From: Nitrosospira multiformis ATCC 25196
GTDB lineage: Bacteria; Pseudomonadota; Gammaproteobacteria; Burkholderiales; Nitrosomonadaceae
Assembly (NCBI RefSeq): GCF_000196355.1
Contig: NC_007614.1
Coordinates: 1,710,001-1,742,000, forward strand
Direction: 5' to 3'
Length of the DNA stretch: 32,000 bases
This document shows, piece after piece, positions 9,532 to 18,257 of the stretch. Positions within the stretch are counted from its first letter, which is position 1. Every line of letters starts with the position of its first letter. The translations under genes and the position numbers were made by a program. The notes under the pieces were generated by a model. It was given only the letters and a program-made list of their open reading frames with translations. It did not search any database and was not told where the DNA came from.

Positions 9532-10719
9532 CTACTCAGACTGATATAGCTTGCTTCCTGTTCTTTCCTGCTCCTTCTCTTTCATGGCAGCATCTGCCTG
9601 CGCCTCCCCCGACGACGCTTTTTCCCCGGTGTGCGCCTCTTCCCCGATGTAAACATCCACCAGCTGACCGGGGTAGAGCCGGATATCCTTCGGTTTCCGA
9701 AACCGGAAAAGCACCGGCAAAACCCGGACGTCCACGCGCTCTGTCCGCCGGTTCGATAACTGAATCTTCGGTGAAACGTAGGGTTGCACACGGACGTATT
9801 CAAGCGTGATGCGAATCTTCGTGCCACGAATGAACATCTGGGCGTGCATTTTCGACGGATCGGGCAAGCGATGGACCAGGATTTCATCAACGTAGCATCG
9901 TACTGCAAGTTCGTTTTCCGGCTTTCCCATGACCAATACCGGATCCATCCCCGAAGTGTATGTTCCATAGATACCTTGCGGAGAAACGTAACTGCCTGTG
10001 GCAGCGCCGATCGACAAAATGACACCGTCAGCAGGCGCATAAACCGTATATTTTTTCAGCAACGCAAGCCCAGCCTGATAAGTATTCGACAAGGCGGCAT
10101 ACTGCCGCTCTTGATTGCGAATGTCATAGCTCCACGCGCCGGCCTTCGTCAACTGATAGTTACGGCTGGCAACCTCCAGGTTTGCCCGGGCGGCATTCAC
10201 CGCATTGATAGCATTGTCGAGAACATCCTTGCTTACCGAACGCGGGTCGAGATCATACGAAGCCTGCTGCTTCTGCAGCTGCGTTTCCGCCGTTCGAAGA
10301 TTAGCGGCTGCATAATCGAGCTGTGCCAGGGAAACATCCAGAACTTCCTTCCGGGGCTGGGCTTTCAGCTCTTCCAGAAGCGCGAGCGCAGCTTCGGCCT
10401 GGGAGCGCTGCTGCTCCACGGTTGCCCTCTGAATCGAATCATCCATTTTCAGCAACGGCTGCCCCTGCATTACGGCTTGCCCTTCCGCCACCATGATTTG
10501 CGTGACCACTCCTGCAACCTCGGGGTAAAGATTGATGTTTTCCCCCGTGGACTGGTAGCTCTCTATGATTCCGTTCGAATAAATTCCCTTTGCATAAGGA
10601 TTCTGTGCGGGATTGAAGACAGGAGGTTGAGGCTTCTTCTGCTGGCCAGCCAGAAATGCGCTCACGACCCCGGCCAGAATACCGAGGGCGGCAATAGGGA
10701 TCAGAATCTGATTTCTCAA
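9532..10719 (-). CDS. HlyD-family periplasmic adaptor (membrane fusion protein)
   Basis: N-terminal membrane anchor, then long coiled-coil segments (QRSQAEAALALLEELKAQ..., LRTAETQLQKQQASY), then barrel-like segments. The TTG start overlaps the ATPase stop (TTGA at 10716..10719). Confidence 0.85.
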   Translation of the reverse strand: MRNQILIPIAALGILAGVVSAFLAGQQKKPQPPVFNPAQNPYAKGIYSNGIIESYQSTGENINLYPEVAGVVTQIMVAEGQAVMQGQPLLKMDDSIQRATVEQQRSQAEAALALLEELKAQPRKEVLDVSLAQLDYAAANLRTAETQLQKQQASYDLDPRSVSKDVLDNAINAVNAARANLEVASRNYQLTKAGAWSYDIRNQERQYAALSNTYQAGLALLKKYTVYAPADGVILSIGAATGSYVSPQGIYGTYTSGMDPVLVMGKPENELAVRCYVDEILVHRLPDPSKMHAQMFIRGTKIRITLEYVRVQPYVSPKIQLSNRRTERVDVRVLPVLFRFRKPKDIRLYPGQLVDVYIGEEAHTGEKASSGEAQADAAMKEKEQERTGSKLYQSE

Positions 10720-11411
10720 TGATCTGCCCTTTTTTCAATCGCGACGGTCTTGCCATCCTCCATCCTCATCATTCTGTCCGCGTATTCGAAGATGCGGCTG
10801 TCGTGCGTGACGATCAGGATGCACCGGGATTCATTGAGTATACGGTTCTTCACGAATTCCATGATACGCCGACCGGTGTCTCCATCCAGCGACGCGGTAG
10901 GCTCATCGAAAATCAGCAGGTCGGGCTGGGCGACCAGGGCGCGGGCAATGGCGACCCGCTGCTGCTCGCCTCCGCTCAATTTAACCGGCGCGAGCTGAGC
11001 TTTGTTTTTGAGCCCGACGACATCAAGGTAATGTTCAGCCTCGCGGATGGATTCATTCCAGTCCTTTTTCTTCAGGATGAGGGGAATGGCAACGTTCTCA
11101 GCCGTGGTAAGGCGTGGAAACAGGTGATAGTCCTGGAATACGAACCCGACCTTGTTCAGGCGGAATTCGGCGATCTGATCCGGCGTGAGGCTCCAGATAT
11201 CGACGTGATCAACATTGACTGTTCCTGAATCCGGCCGCAGGATGCCGGAAATCATGCTCAACAACGTGGTTTTCCCGCTCCCGGACGGTCCAACCACAAA
11301 AAGGATCTCGCCAAAGTAGGCATCGAAGCTGACTTCTTTGACAGCGTAAGTCCGAAGATCGCCTTCGCCGAACCATTTGGTCAGTTCTTTGGCTGAAATT
11401 GCCGTATCCAC
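10716..11411 (-). CDS. ABC transporter ATP-binding protein (MacB/LolD/DevA-like)
   Basis: Walker A GPSGSGKTT, signature LSGGEQQRVAIARAL and Walker B LLIFDEPT. GTG start with GAGGTGG upstream. Confidence 0.95.
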   Translation of the reverse strand: MDTAISAKELTKWFGEGDLRTYAVKEVSFDAYFGEILFVVGPSGSGKTTLLSMISGILRPDSGTVNVDHVDIWSLTPDQIAEFRLNKVGFVFQDYHLFPRLTTAENVAIPLILKKKDWNESIREAEHYLDVVGLKNKAQLAPVKLSGGEQQRVAIARALVAQPDLLIFDEPTASLDGDTGRRIMEFVKNRILNESRCILIVTHDSRIFEYADRMMRMEDGKTVAIEKRADH

Positions 11412-11483
11412 AACGCCACCTCTACCGCAGGCCGAGCCTTGAATCGAGACTACCGGGAACGCTACCGCCGGCCCGGCTCGCGT

Positions 11484-12620
11484 TCAACCCCGGAAGATAT
11501 CGAAAGGCTCGATCTTCAGCACCTTTCTTATCCCAATATAGCTCGAAATCGCCGCAATGATCAGGACCATGACAAACGCAAAGGCAAGAGTGGTAAAAGT
11601 GACTGCAGCTGAATATTCCGGAACCCTGATCTTTGCCAGTACGATAATCAGGACACATAGACCGACTCCCAGCCCGTACCCCACCAGCGCAGTGAACATT
11701 GCCTGGAAAAGGATCATGTATATGAGCTCTCTCCCCTTGGCCCCCATGGCTTTCAGTGCGCCGAATTTTTCAAGGTTCTCAAGGATGAAGGTATAAAACG
11801 TCTGGCCGGAAATGGAGAGGCCAACCAGGAAACTCACCGCGGTCATGATAAGGATATTGGTGCCCAGGCCTGTCTGATATTTGTAGAAATTCGCGATCTT
11901 CTCCATGAATTCATCCTTCGTCAGCGCGAGATAGCCAAGGCGGCGGACTTCACTTTCAATATGCGTCACCGCCTCGGGAGTCTTCGGCTCAACGAGGATG
12001 TACGAAATTGTGAATCGCGGAGAGGGAATGTACTGGATTGCTTTGCTGTAAGTGGTATAGAGAGTCGGAAGGCCGAACAGTCCGCTTGCCCCCACCTTTG
12101 CAATTCCCACGATCACGCCGCGATGATCATTGAGCTCGAACTCGGTACCCACCGTGGGATGCCCAAGCTTGCGTACCTCAGCATCCTGAACCACGATGAA
12201 GGCGTTCTCGGCATAGATGTCTTCGATCTTGCCCGCGATCAATTCGGGGCGGCCGAAAAGACTATTGTCGTCCAACCCCAGGATGGTTACCGGCTGAAAA
12301 ATTCCGTTCCTCAGCTTGACCAGGGCAGCGCCTGAATACAGAGGGACGGCATAATTGACACCCTCAATGCTTCTCACTGCGTCGAGAACGTAGTCGGGGA
12401 GAGGGATGCTGCTGGCAACGTTATTAACAGCGGGGTCCATAACCCACATATCTGCTCCCAGATTAATGACGGTCGATGAGGATTTGATGAGAATGCCTGA
12501 AAATATGGAGGTCATCTGCACCATCAGGAAAACCGCGAAGGTGATCCCGACCAGCAAGGCCGCATATTTCCCTTTGTCATTGACAAGGAGTTTGAAAGCA
12601 ATTTTAAGGATTCCTTTCAC
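11484..12620 (-). CDS. ABC transporter permease, FtsX/MacB (DevC-like) family
   Basis: An N-terminal TM helix, a large periplasmic domain and a C-terminal FtsX-type 3-TM bundle (FGALKAMGAKGRELIYMILFQA...). I prefer GTG at 12620 (VKGILKIAFKLL...) to the track start at 12671. The start remains uncertain. Confidence 0.85.
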   Translation of the reverse strand: MKGILKIAFKLLVNDKGKYAALLVGITFAVFLMVQMTSIFSGILIKSSSTVINLGADMWVMDPAVNNVASSIPLPDYVLDAVRSIEGVNYAVPLYSGAALVKLRNGIFQPVTILGLDDNSLFGRPELIAGKIEDIYAENAFIVVQDAEVRKLGHPTVGTEFELNDHRGVIVGIAKVGASGLFGLPTLYTTYSKAIQYIPSPRFTISYILVEPKTPEAVTHIESEVRRLGYLALTKDEFMEKIANFYKYQTGLGTNILIMTAVSFLVGLSISGQTFYTFILENLEKFGALKAMGAKGRELIYMILFQAMFTALVGYGLGVGLCVLIIVLAKIRVPEYSAAVTFTTLAFAFVMVLIIAAISSYIGIRKVLKIEPFDIFRG

Positions 12621-12898
12621 GCTTCTCTCGCCGCACCTGCTTCTGCTATTTTCCCTCGTACAGGGGAACAACTTAGTTCATTTTAGTTCGCCCAGGCGAT
12701 AGTCACTGGAGATGGCGAAGATTCTTTCGTCCTTGATCTGTTTCCTCCTTCAGGAATCGCCAAAAATTGATTCCATTACGTCATAGGACTATTTGCATTG
12801 AGGCATACGGGGCAGGATTTAAGCCTTGAATGTAGTTACGGGCATCTGCTGCTCATGACGGACCGTTCCGCAGCGACGCAAACACTGAAACGGGCGGG

Positions 12899-14406
12899 TC
12901 AAGCAGGCAGCTGAACGATCTGCAGGGTATCGAGCTTTCCATCCGTCGTCTGTGAGCCGGTCAGAAGAACGACTTCGTCTCCCGGCCGCGCCAATCCCTG
13001 TACCTGCAACCAGGCCCCTGCTTTCGTTATCAGATTTCGGGGCTCAGCCGTAGCGTTGCATTCGGCGCATAAAAGCGGTGCAATCGCATGAGCCAGCGCC
13101 AGGCTGCGATATAGCATGGCAGAACCGGTGATCGCAACGATGGGCAGCTGCGGGCGGAAACGCGCGACTTCCAGCGCTGCCGCTACGGATTGAACGAAAA
13201 CAACCACAGCCCGCGCGCCCATACGAACTGCAAGTTCACATGCGGAAAAGCCAAGATTATCCTGTTTCGAGGCTGATATGCTCACAGAATGCACATCATT
13301 CAGCGCACGCCTGTCATACCAGCCCGCATCTTCGAGTTGGGGGATCCGTTATGCCTTGCTTCAGTAGCGGCAATCACCCGCTGAAGAATCTTCACAGCGG
13401 TGACGGGAAACTGTCCGATTGCCGTTTCAGCGGAAAGCATTACCGCGTCCGTGCCATCCAGCACCGCATTGGCCACATCGGTTACCTCGGCACGTGTCGG
13501 ATGCTCGTACGCCACCATGGATTCGAGCATCTGGGTAGCGGTGATCACGGGACGTGCCCGAGCGTTCGCTACCGATATAATCCGCTTCTGTATCAGCGCA
13601 ATTTCGGCAAGATCGGTTTCCACACCCAAATCTCCCCGCGCCACCATTACCCCATCGGCTGCCTCCACAATCTCCTCCAGATTGACGAGTGCCTTGCGCT
13701 TTTCTATCTTTGCCATCACGAGCGGTGCACCAGTGGAAGGAAGCAACGCACGCACACGGTGGATCTCGTCAACGGACTGAACAAAGGAAATTCCTATCCA
13801 TTCCACCTGGCGGGCAAGCGCAAAGGCAAGATGCTGACGGTCATCGTCAGTCGGAACGAGCTCAAGCAGGGCGGATTCAGGAACATTGATACCGGAGCCG
13901 GAGCGCACGACACCGCCAATAAGAACTTCACACCGGACTCGGGGGGCGTTGAATCCAGACTGAGCTGTTGCACTGCTCTCTACACAAAGCTCGACCGAGC
14001 CGTCAGCCAGAAATACCCGTTCCCCTGCACGCAGCGCCTGGAGTAATTCGGGGTTGCGCACCGGCAACCTGATGCCGTCCATATCATCAGTAACCGCCTC
14101 TAGCGCCCTGCCCTCTTCCACAAGCGTAACGACAGCGCCTTCAGCCAGTCTGCAACAGTCATCGGCCAGATTGCCAAGACGAAACTTTGGACCGGGTAGA
14201 TCGACAAGAATAGCTACCGGTTGCCCAGCCTCACTTGCCGCCCGGCGAACTTGTTCGATGCGGCGGGAATGCGTGATGGAATCGCTATGCGAAGCATTGA
14301 CGCGAGCGACATCCATTCCTCCGCTGATCAGACCTTCGATAACTCCGGGTGCATCCGTTGCGGGACCCAGCGTACAAACAATCTTGGCTCGATGCCAGGG
14401 GGTCAT
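12899..14406 (-). pseudogene. pyk: pyruvate kinase interrupted by a +/-1 frameshift (or an uncorrected sequencing error)
   Basis: ORF 13300..14406 encodes the PK barrel domains (KIVCTLGPAT..., NASHS, DLPGPKFRLG, MVARGDLGVE). ORF 12899..13294 encodes the PK C-terminal alpha/beta domain in a different frame. Both frames are open only across 13303..13348. Confidence 0.7.
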
Positions 14407-14443
14407 AGAAGGTACTCCAATCGATCGGGTTCCACTCGGTCAC

Positions 14444-14929
14444 CTAATGCGGTGTGCCTTTTGGCAGGATTTTGGGCACGAGATGTAAAATGACAAATGC
14501 AAGAAAAGCGCTGAGAACGGCCGAACCTTCCCGCCCTAAACCCGCCGCGATACCCACCGCAGCTGTCAGCCATACACCCGCCGCCGTTGTCAGCCCTTTT
14601 ATTGTTTCCTCATTGGCGCTTTTAAGAATGGTCCCGGCCCCCAGAAACCCGACACCCGTAATGACGCCTTGAATTACACGCGACACCTCTGCATCAGGCA
14701 TTTGCATTTGCTGGGGAACGAGCACGAAGATAGCCGCGCCGACGGCGACCAGCATGTGAGTGCGCACCCCCGCCGCCTTGCCGCTATGTTCGCGCTCCAG
14801 GCCCAGCAACGCTCCCAATATTGCAGCTATCGCCAAGCGCAGGATGACACGGGTAAATTCGACAGCAGTGGGCAGATCGGAGAACTCCACTATTATCGTT
14901 TTATATACTTCGAGCCACCATCCCTCCAT
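14444..14929 (-). CDS. MgtC/SapB family membrane protein
   Basis: LRLAIAAILGALLGLEREHSGKAAGVRTHMLVAVGAAIF is the MgtC-family signature region. The protein is 161 aa, so it carries only the membrane domain. Confidence 0.85.
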   Translation of the reverse strand: MEGWWLEVYKTIIVEFSDLPTAVEFTRVILRLAIAAILGALLGLEREHSGKAAGVRTHMLVAVGAAIFVLVPQQMQMPDAEVSRVIQGVITGVGFLGAGTILKSANEETIKGLTTAAGVWLTAAVGIAAGLGREGSAVLSAFLAFVILHLVPKILPKGTPH

Positions 14930-14955
14930 AACAGCTCCAAAAAGGATACCCAGGA

Positions 14956-16155
14956 CTACCGCCCCAGCATTTCACCCACGGGCTTGAGCGATTCGATCCG
15001 ATCGCAAACCACTTTTGCGACGGCCAATAGCGGCGCCCCCAGAAGCAAGCCGGCCACGCCCCACAGCCAGCCAAAAAATAACAGCACGATGAACAGCACC
15101 GCCTCATTCACTCGCGCGAATCTTCCCTGCAACCAAGTGCCGAACAACATTCCAATAGAGCCGGAAATCAAAACTGCTGTCGCAGCTATCGCGAGCGCAA
15201 GCGGAAGAGAACCAAATTGCAGCAAGCCTGCTATACCGCTTGCCAGCAGGATAGTCATCGTCCCGAGATAAGGAACAAAACGTAATATGCCGGCAGCGAC
15301 CCCCCACACTCCGGCGTGTTCCAATCCATACAATTCAAATGCCCACCAGGTGAGTACGGCGATCAAAGTATTCGATATGATCAAGACAAGCAGGTAGCGC
15401 TGGACCTGCAAATGTACTTCCTCCAGTATTCGAACCGCATCCTTTTTGCGTGTCAGAGATGGCCCGACCAGTTTTATGAGCTTGCGGCGAAAATGTGTCC
15501 CTGCTGCCAGCAGGAAATAGGTCAGCAGCAACACGACCGGCATTTGCGCGGCAAACGAGACCAGCAACGCGGATTGCTTGAGTAGAAAATCCTTGACCCA
15601 TGCGCCATCTTCCGCGTGGCTTGTAATAACCACTGCCGCCGCGGGCGATTTCAACCCTGCATCTACCGCCGCCTTCTCAAGCTCTTTCGCCGCTTTCTCG
15701 ACCTGCTGCAATACGCTTGGACCCTCGGATCGCAGCGTTCTCAGACTATGCCGCAATTTGTGCGCAACTTCAGGAAGTTTTTCAACTATAAGACTTGCAT
15801 CACCGCTCAAGGATAAGGTTACCCATGAAACGCCGCCAAGCAGGACAACAAGCACAAGCGCAGCCCCGAGTATGCGAGGGACGCGGCAGCGCTCGAGCCA
15901 ATCAACTACAGGACTTAACGCGTTACTCACGAGAACGCCGAACAACAAGGGAACAAAAAAGGTCTGCGCGAAATGCAGGCCTCCCAACAGCACGACCAGC
16001 GCGATTATCCAGAGTGCGATAGCTGTCCCAAAACGAGGTAGAGCGCGAGGTGCCGCGGCCTCCTCATCTATCGCCTGAGCGGAAGTGCCGGGAGGACCTT
16101 CTTCTGATTCCCCATCCAGTCTTTCAGGAAGCAGCTTTTCCGGCACAGCACTCAT
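14956..16155 (-). CDS. AI-2E family transporter (PerM/YhhT-like, UPF0118)
   Basis: Polytopic 399-aa protein. The C-terminal-half motif GVWGVAAGILRFVPYLGTMTILLASG is typical of the family. Confidence 0.85.
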   Translation of the reverse strand: MSAVPEKLLPERLDGESEEGPPGTSAQAIDEEAAAPRALPRFGTAIALWIIALVVLLGGLHFAQTFFVPLLFGVLVSNALSPVVDWLERCRVPRILGAALVLVVLLGGVSWVTLSLSGDASLIVEKLPEVAHKLRHSLRTLRSEGPSVLQQVEKAAKELEKAAVDAGLKSPAAAVVITSHAEDGAWVKDFLLKQSALLVSFAAQMPVVLLLTYFLLAAGTHFRRKLIKLVGPSLTRKKDAVRILEEVHLQVQRYLLVLIISNTLIAVLTWWAFELYGLEHAGVWGVAAGILRFVPYLGTMTILLASGIAGLLQFGSLPLALAIAATAVLISGSIGMLFGTWLQGRFARVNEAVLFIVLLFFGWLWGVAGLLLGAPLLAVAKVVCDRIESLKPVGEMLGR

Positions 16156-16368
16156 GATCCAGTTTGTTATTTATTTCAGATGAGAGAAACGTTAGCGCCA
16201 AATGTTGAGCAGGTATGGAAACGGTCTTCGAGCCACACGGCAAGCTTCCTGCTGGTTTTCCTGCTTTACAAAAAAGAAGTGCAAATGCCGGAAGTGCATA
16301 CGTCCTTCTTTCCACTGCAACTCCCGTCTTACATCAGAAACACGCCGTCATCCAATAAACATGCTCAG

Positions 16369-18066
16369 TCAGGAGCTGCACGACAAAGCGGAGCAGCCGG
16401 GCTTATTACGGGCCCACTCTGGACGTCTTGCCGCAAGATCCTCGTGCTCGGGCTGTTCGTCATAAGGGTGCTTCAGCATTTCCATCAACCGTATTATCAC
16501 GGAATCATCCCCCCGCTCCAGCGCTTCTATTGCCTGCTGAGCCAGATAGTTGCGTAGTACGTATTTCGGATTTGCACGGCTCATGCGATGGTAACGCAGG
16601 CCTTCAGGTTCCCCTTCCTGGCGCACCCTTGCGATATAGCGTCGCAGCCAGCCGGCCAGTCGTGTGAGGTGCGCATGGGAAAATGCCTGATGCGCGTCGT
16701 AAAATGCCGGGCGGAAAAGCTCGACCAGTCCATGATCATTCATTTGATCCACACTTTCCAGGTTCTCTGGAGCAGGGAAGGTTGTTGCCCTGTTTCCGGA
16801 GATCGGATTCAGAGGAATGTTCATCAGGCAGCGAAAGAACAATGTCATATCCGTCTCAACCTGTTGCAGCGTTTCGAATAGATCGCTCAAAAGCGAGTCA
16901 TCGTCGGAGTGTTCGAGTGAGGCCAACCCGAGCTTGGCGGCCAGCATGCCACTCCATGTGTTATTGAATGTTTCACCGAAGACTGCCAACCCATGCTCCA
17001 GCGCAGCATCATCTTCTATCAGGGGTGTCAACGCGCCAGCCAGGCGAGTCAGATTCCACTGCGCGATCTTGGGCTGGTTACCGTAGCAATAACGCCGCCC
17101 CTGTGCGTCAGTCGTATTAGGCGTCCAGTGCAGATCGAAACCTTCGAGCCACCCATAAGGACCATAGTCTATGGTCAGCCCCAATATGGACATATTGTCG
17201 GTATTCATCACGCCGTGGACGAAACCGACCCGCATCCAGTGGGCGACGAGGATACCTGTGCGGCGGCAAACCTCCTCGAACCATTTCGCATAAACTTCAG
17301 GTGGCCGATGGGACGAGGCCAGTTCCGGAAAATGTTCCCCTATCACGAAGTCGGCGAGCTGCCTGAGAAGTTCTGGCTCCTTCTGGGCCGCAAGTATCTC
17401 GAAATTGCCAAAGCGCAGGAACGAGGGCGAGACGCGGCAGACGATCGCGCCGGGTTCCGCCCCCGGATGTCCGTCGTAAAACATATCGCGTATCACCGCT
17501 TCCCCTGTCGCTACCAGGCTCAATGCCCGCGTAGTAGGCACCCCGAGGGAGTGCATCGCCTCACTGCACAGAAACTCGCGTACGGAAGAACGCAGGACCG
17601 CACGTCCATCCGCGGTGCGTGAATAGGGCGTTTTCCCTGCACCCTTGAGTTGTAGCTCGTAGCGCTTATCGTTGGGGCTGATCAACTCCCCCAGGGTGAT
17701 AGCGCGCCCGTCGCCAAGCTGCCCTGCCCAGTGCCCGAACTGGTGTCCGCCATAGCGTGCTGCATAAGGCTGCATGGACGGAAGGATTCTGTTACCGGCA
17801 AGCACTTCCACCGCTGGGGAAACGGGAGATGCCGGCCGGGCAATACCGAGCATTTCGCCGACTTCATCCGCCCAGGCGAGAAGTCGCGGTGAGCGGACAG
17901 GCGTAGGACTCACTTGTGTATAACCGGCATTGCGCACCTGACGGGGAACATTCCGGGTTTCCGGATCGCCTGGCAGCTGGCGCACAAAGCGGTTGTCGAA
18001 CCGAGCATCGAACAGATCCGGCAGCGTGACGATCGGCATACTCCTCTGAAGATTGCTTTGGCTCAT
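16369..18066 (-). CDS. selO: protein adenylyltransferase SelO (YdiU/UPF0061)
   Basis: YAARYGGHQFGHWAGQLGDGRAITLGE, LQLKGAGKTPYSR and GRAVLRSSVREFLCSEAMHSLGVPTTRAL are hallmark SelO pseudokinase motifs. Confidence 0.93.
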   Translation of the reverse strand: MSQSNLQRSMPIVTLPDLFDARFDNRFVRQLPGDPETRNVPRQVRNAGYTQVSPTPVRSPRLLAWADEVGEMLGIARPASPVSPAVEVLAGNRILPSMQPYAARYGGHQFGHWAGQLGDGRAITLGELISPNDKRYELQLKGAGKTPYSRTADGRAVLRSSVREFLCSEAMHSLGVPTTRALSLVATGEAVIRDMFYDGHPGAEPGAIVCRVSPSFLRFGNFEILAAQKEPELLRQLADFVIGEHFPELASSHRPPEVYAKWFEEVCRRTGILVAHWMRVGFVHGVMNTDNMSILGLTIDYGPYGWLEGFDLHWTPNTTDAQGRRYCYGNQPKIAQWNLTRLAGALTPLIEDDAALEHGLAVFGETFNNTWSGMLAAKLGLASLEHSDDDSLLSDLFETLQQVETDMTLFFRCLMNIPLNPISGNRATTFPAPENLESVDQMNDHGLVELFRPAFYDAHQAFSHAHLTRLAGWLRRYIARVRQEGEPEGLRYHRMSRANPKYVLRNYLAQQAIEALERGDDSVIIRLMEMLKHPYDEQPEHEDLAARRPEWARNKPGCSALSCSS

Positions 18067-18257
18067 TTGTTTCCCTAATCTGGAAGCAGATTGACATCAA
18101 TGATTTGGCGGCTTCACAAGCAAGCTGCATAGACGGCCTCATTGCTATTACAGCTTCCCGCTTGTAAGCTTGCCGGGAATAAAACCCTTTCATCCTGATT
18201 AGAACATCGAACTGTCCAAGTGTTCTGGGTTAGATCGCTATTCTCTGGAGGACCGCC

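Noticed and set aside
9784-10722. Long antisense ORFs opposite well-supported genes. These include 9784..10722 (312 aa, opposite the adaptor), 20869..21756 (295 aa, opposite the channel), 13240..14046 (268 aa, opposite pyk), 18492..19277 (261 aa, opposite egtB) and 493..1095 (200 aa, opposite the desaturase).
   Set aside because: Each lies fully inside a gene with strong motif support on the other strand. Their products are low-complexity and Arg/Ser/Pro-rich with no recognisable domains. That is typical of shadow ORFs in moderately GC-rich DNA.
16156-16368. T6 run (minus strand, near 16268..16275) downstream of selO as an intrinsic terminator. A direct repeat AAGTGCA x2 lies nearby.
   Set aside because: I could form only a 4-bp TGCA/TGCA stem ahead of the T-run. 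That is too weak to annotate.
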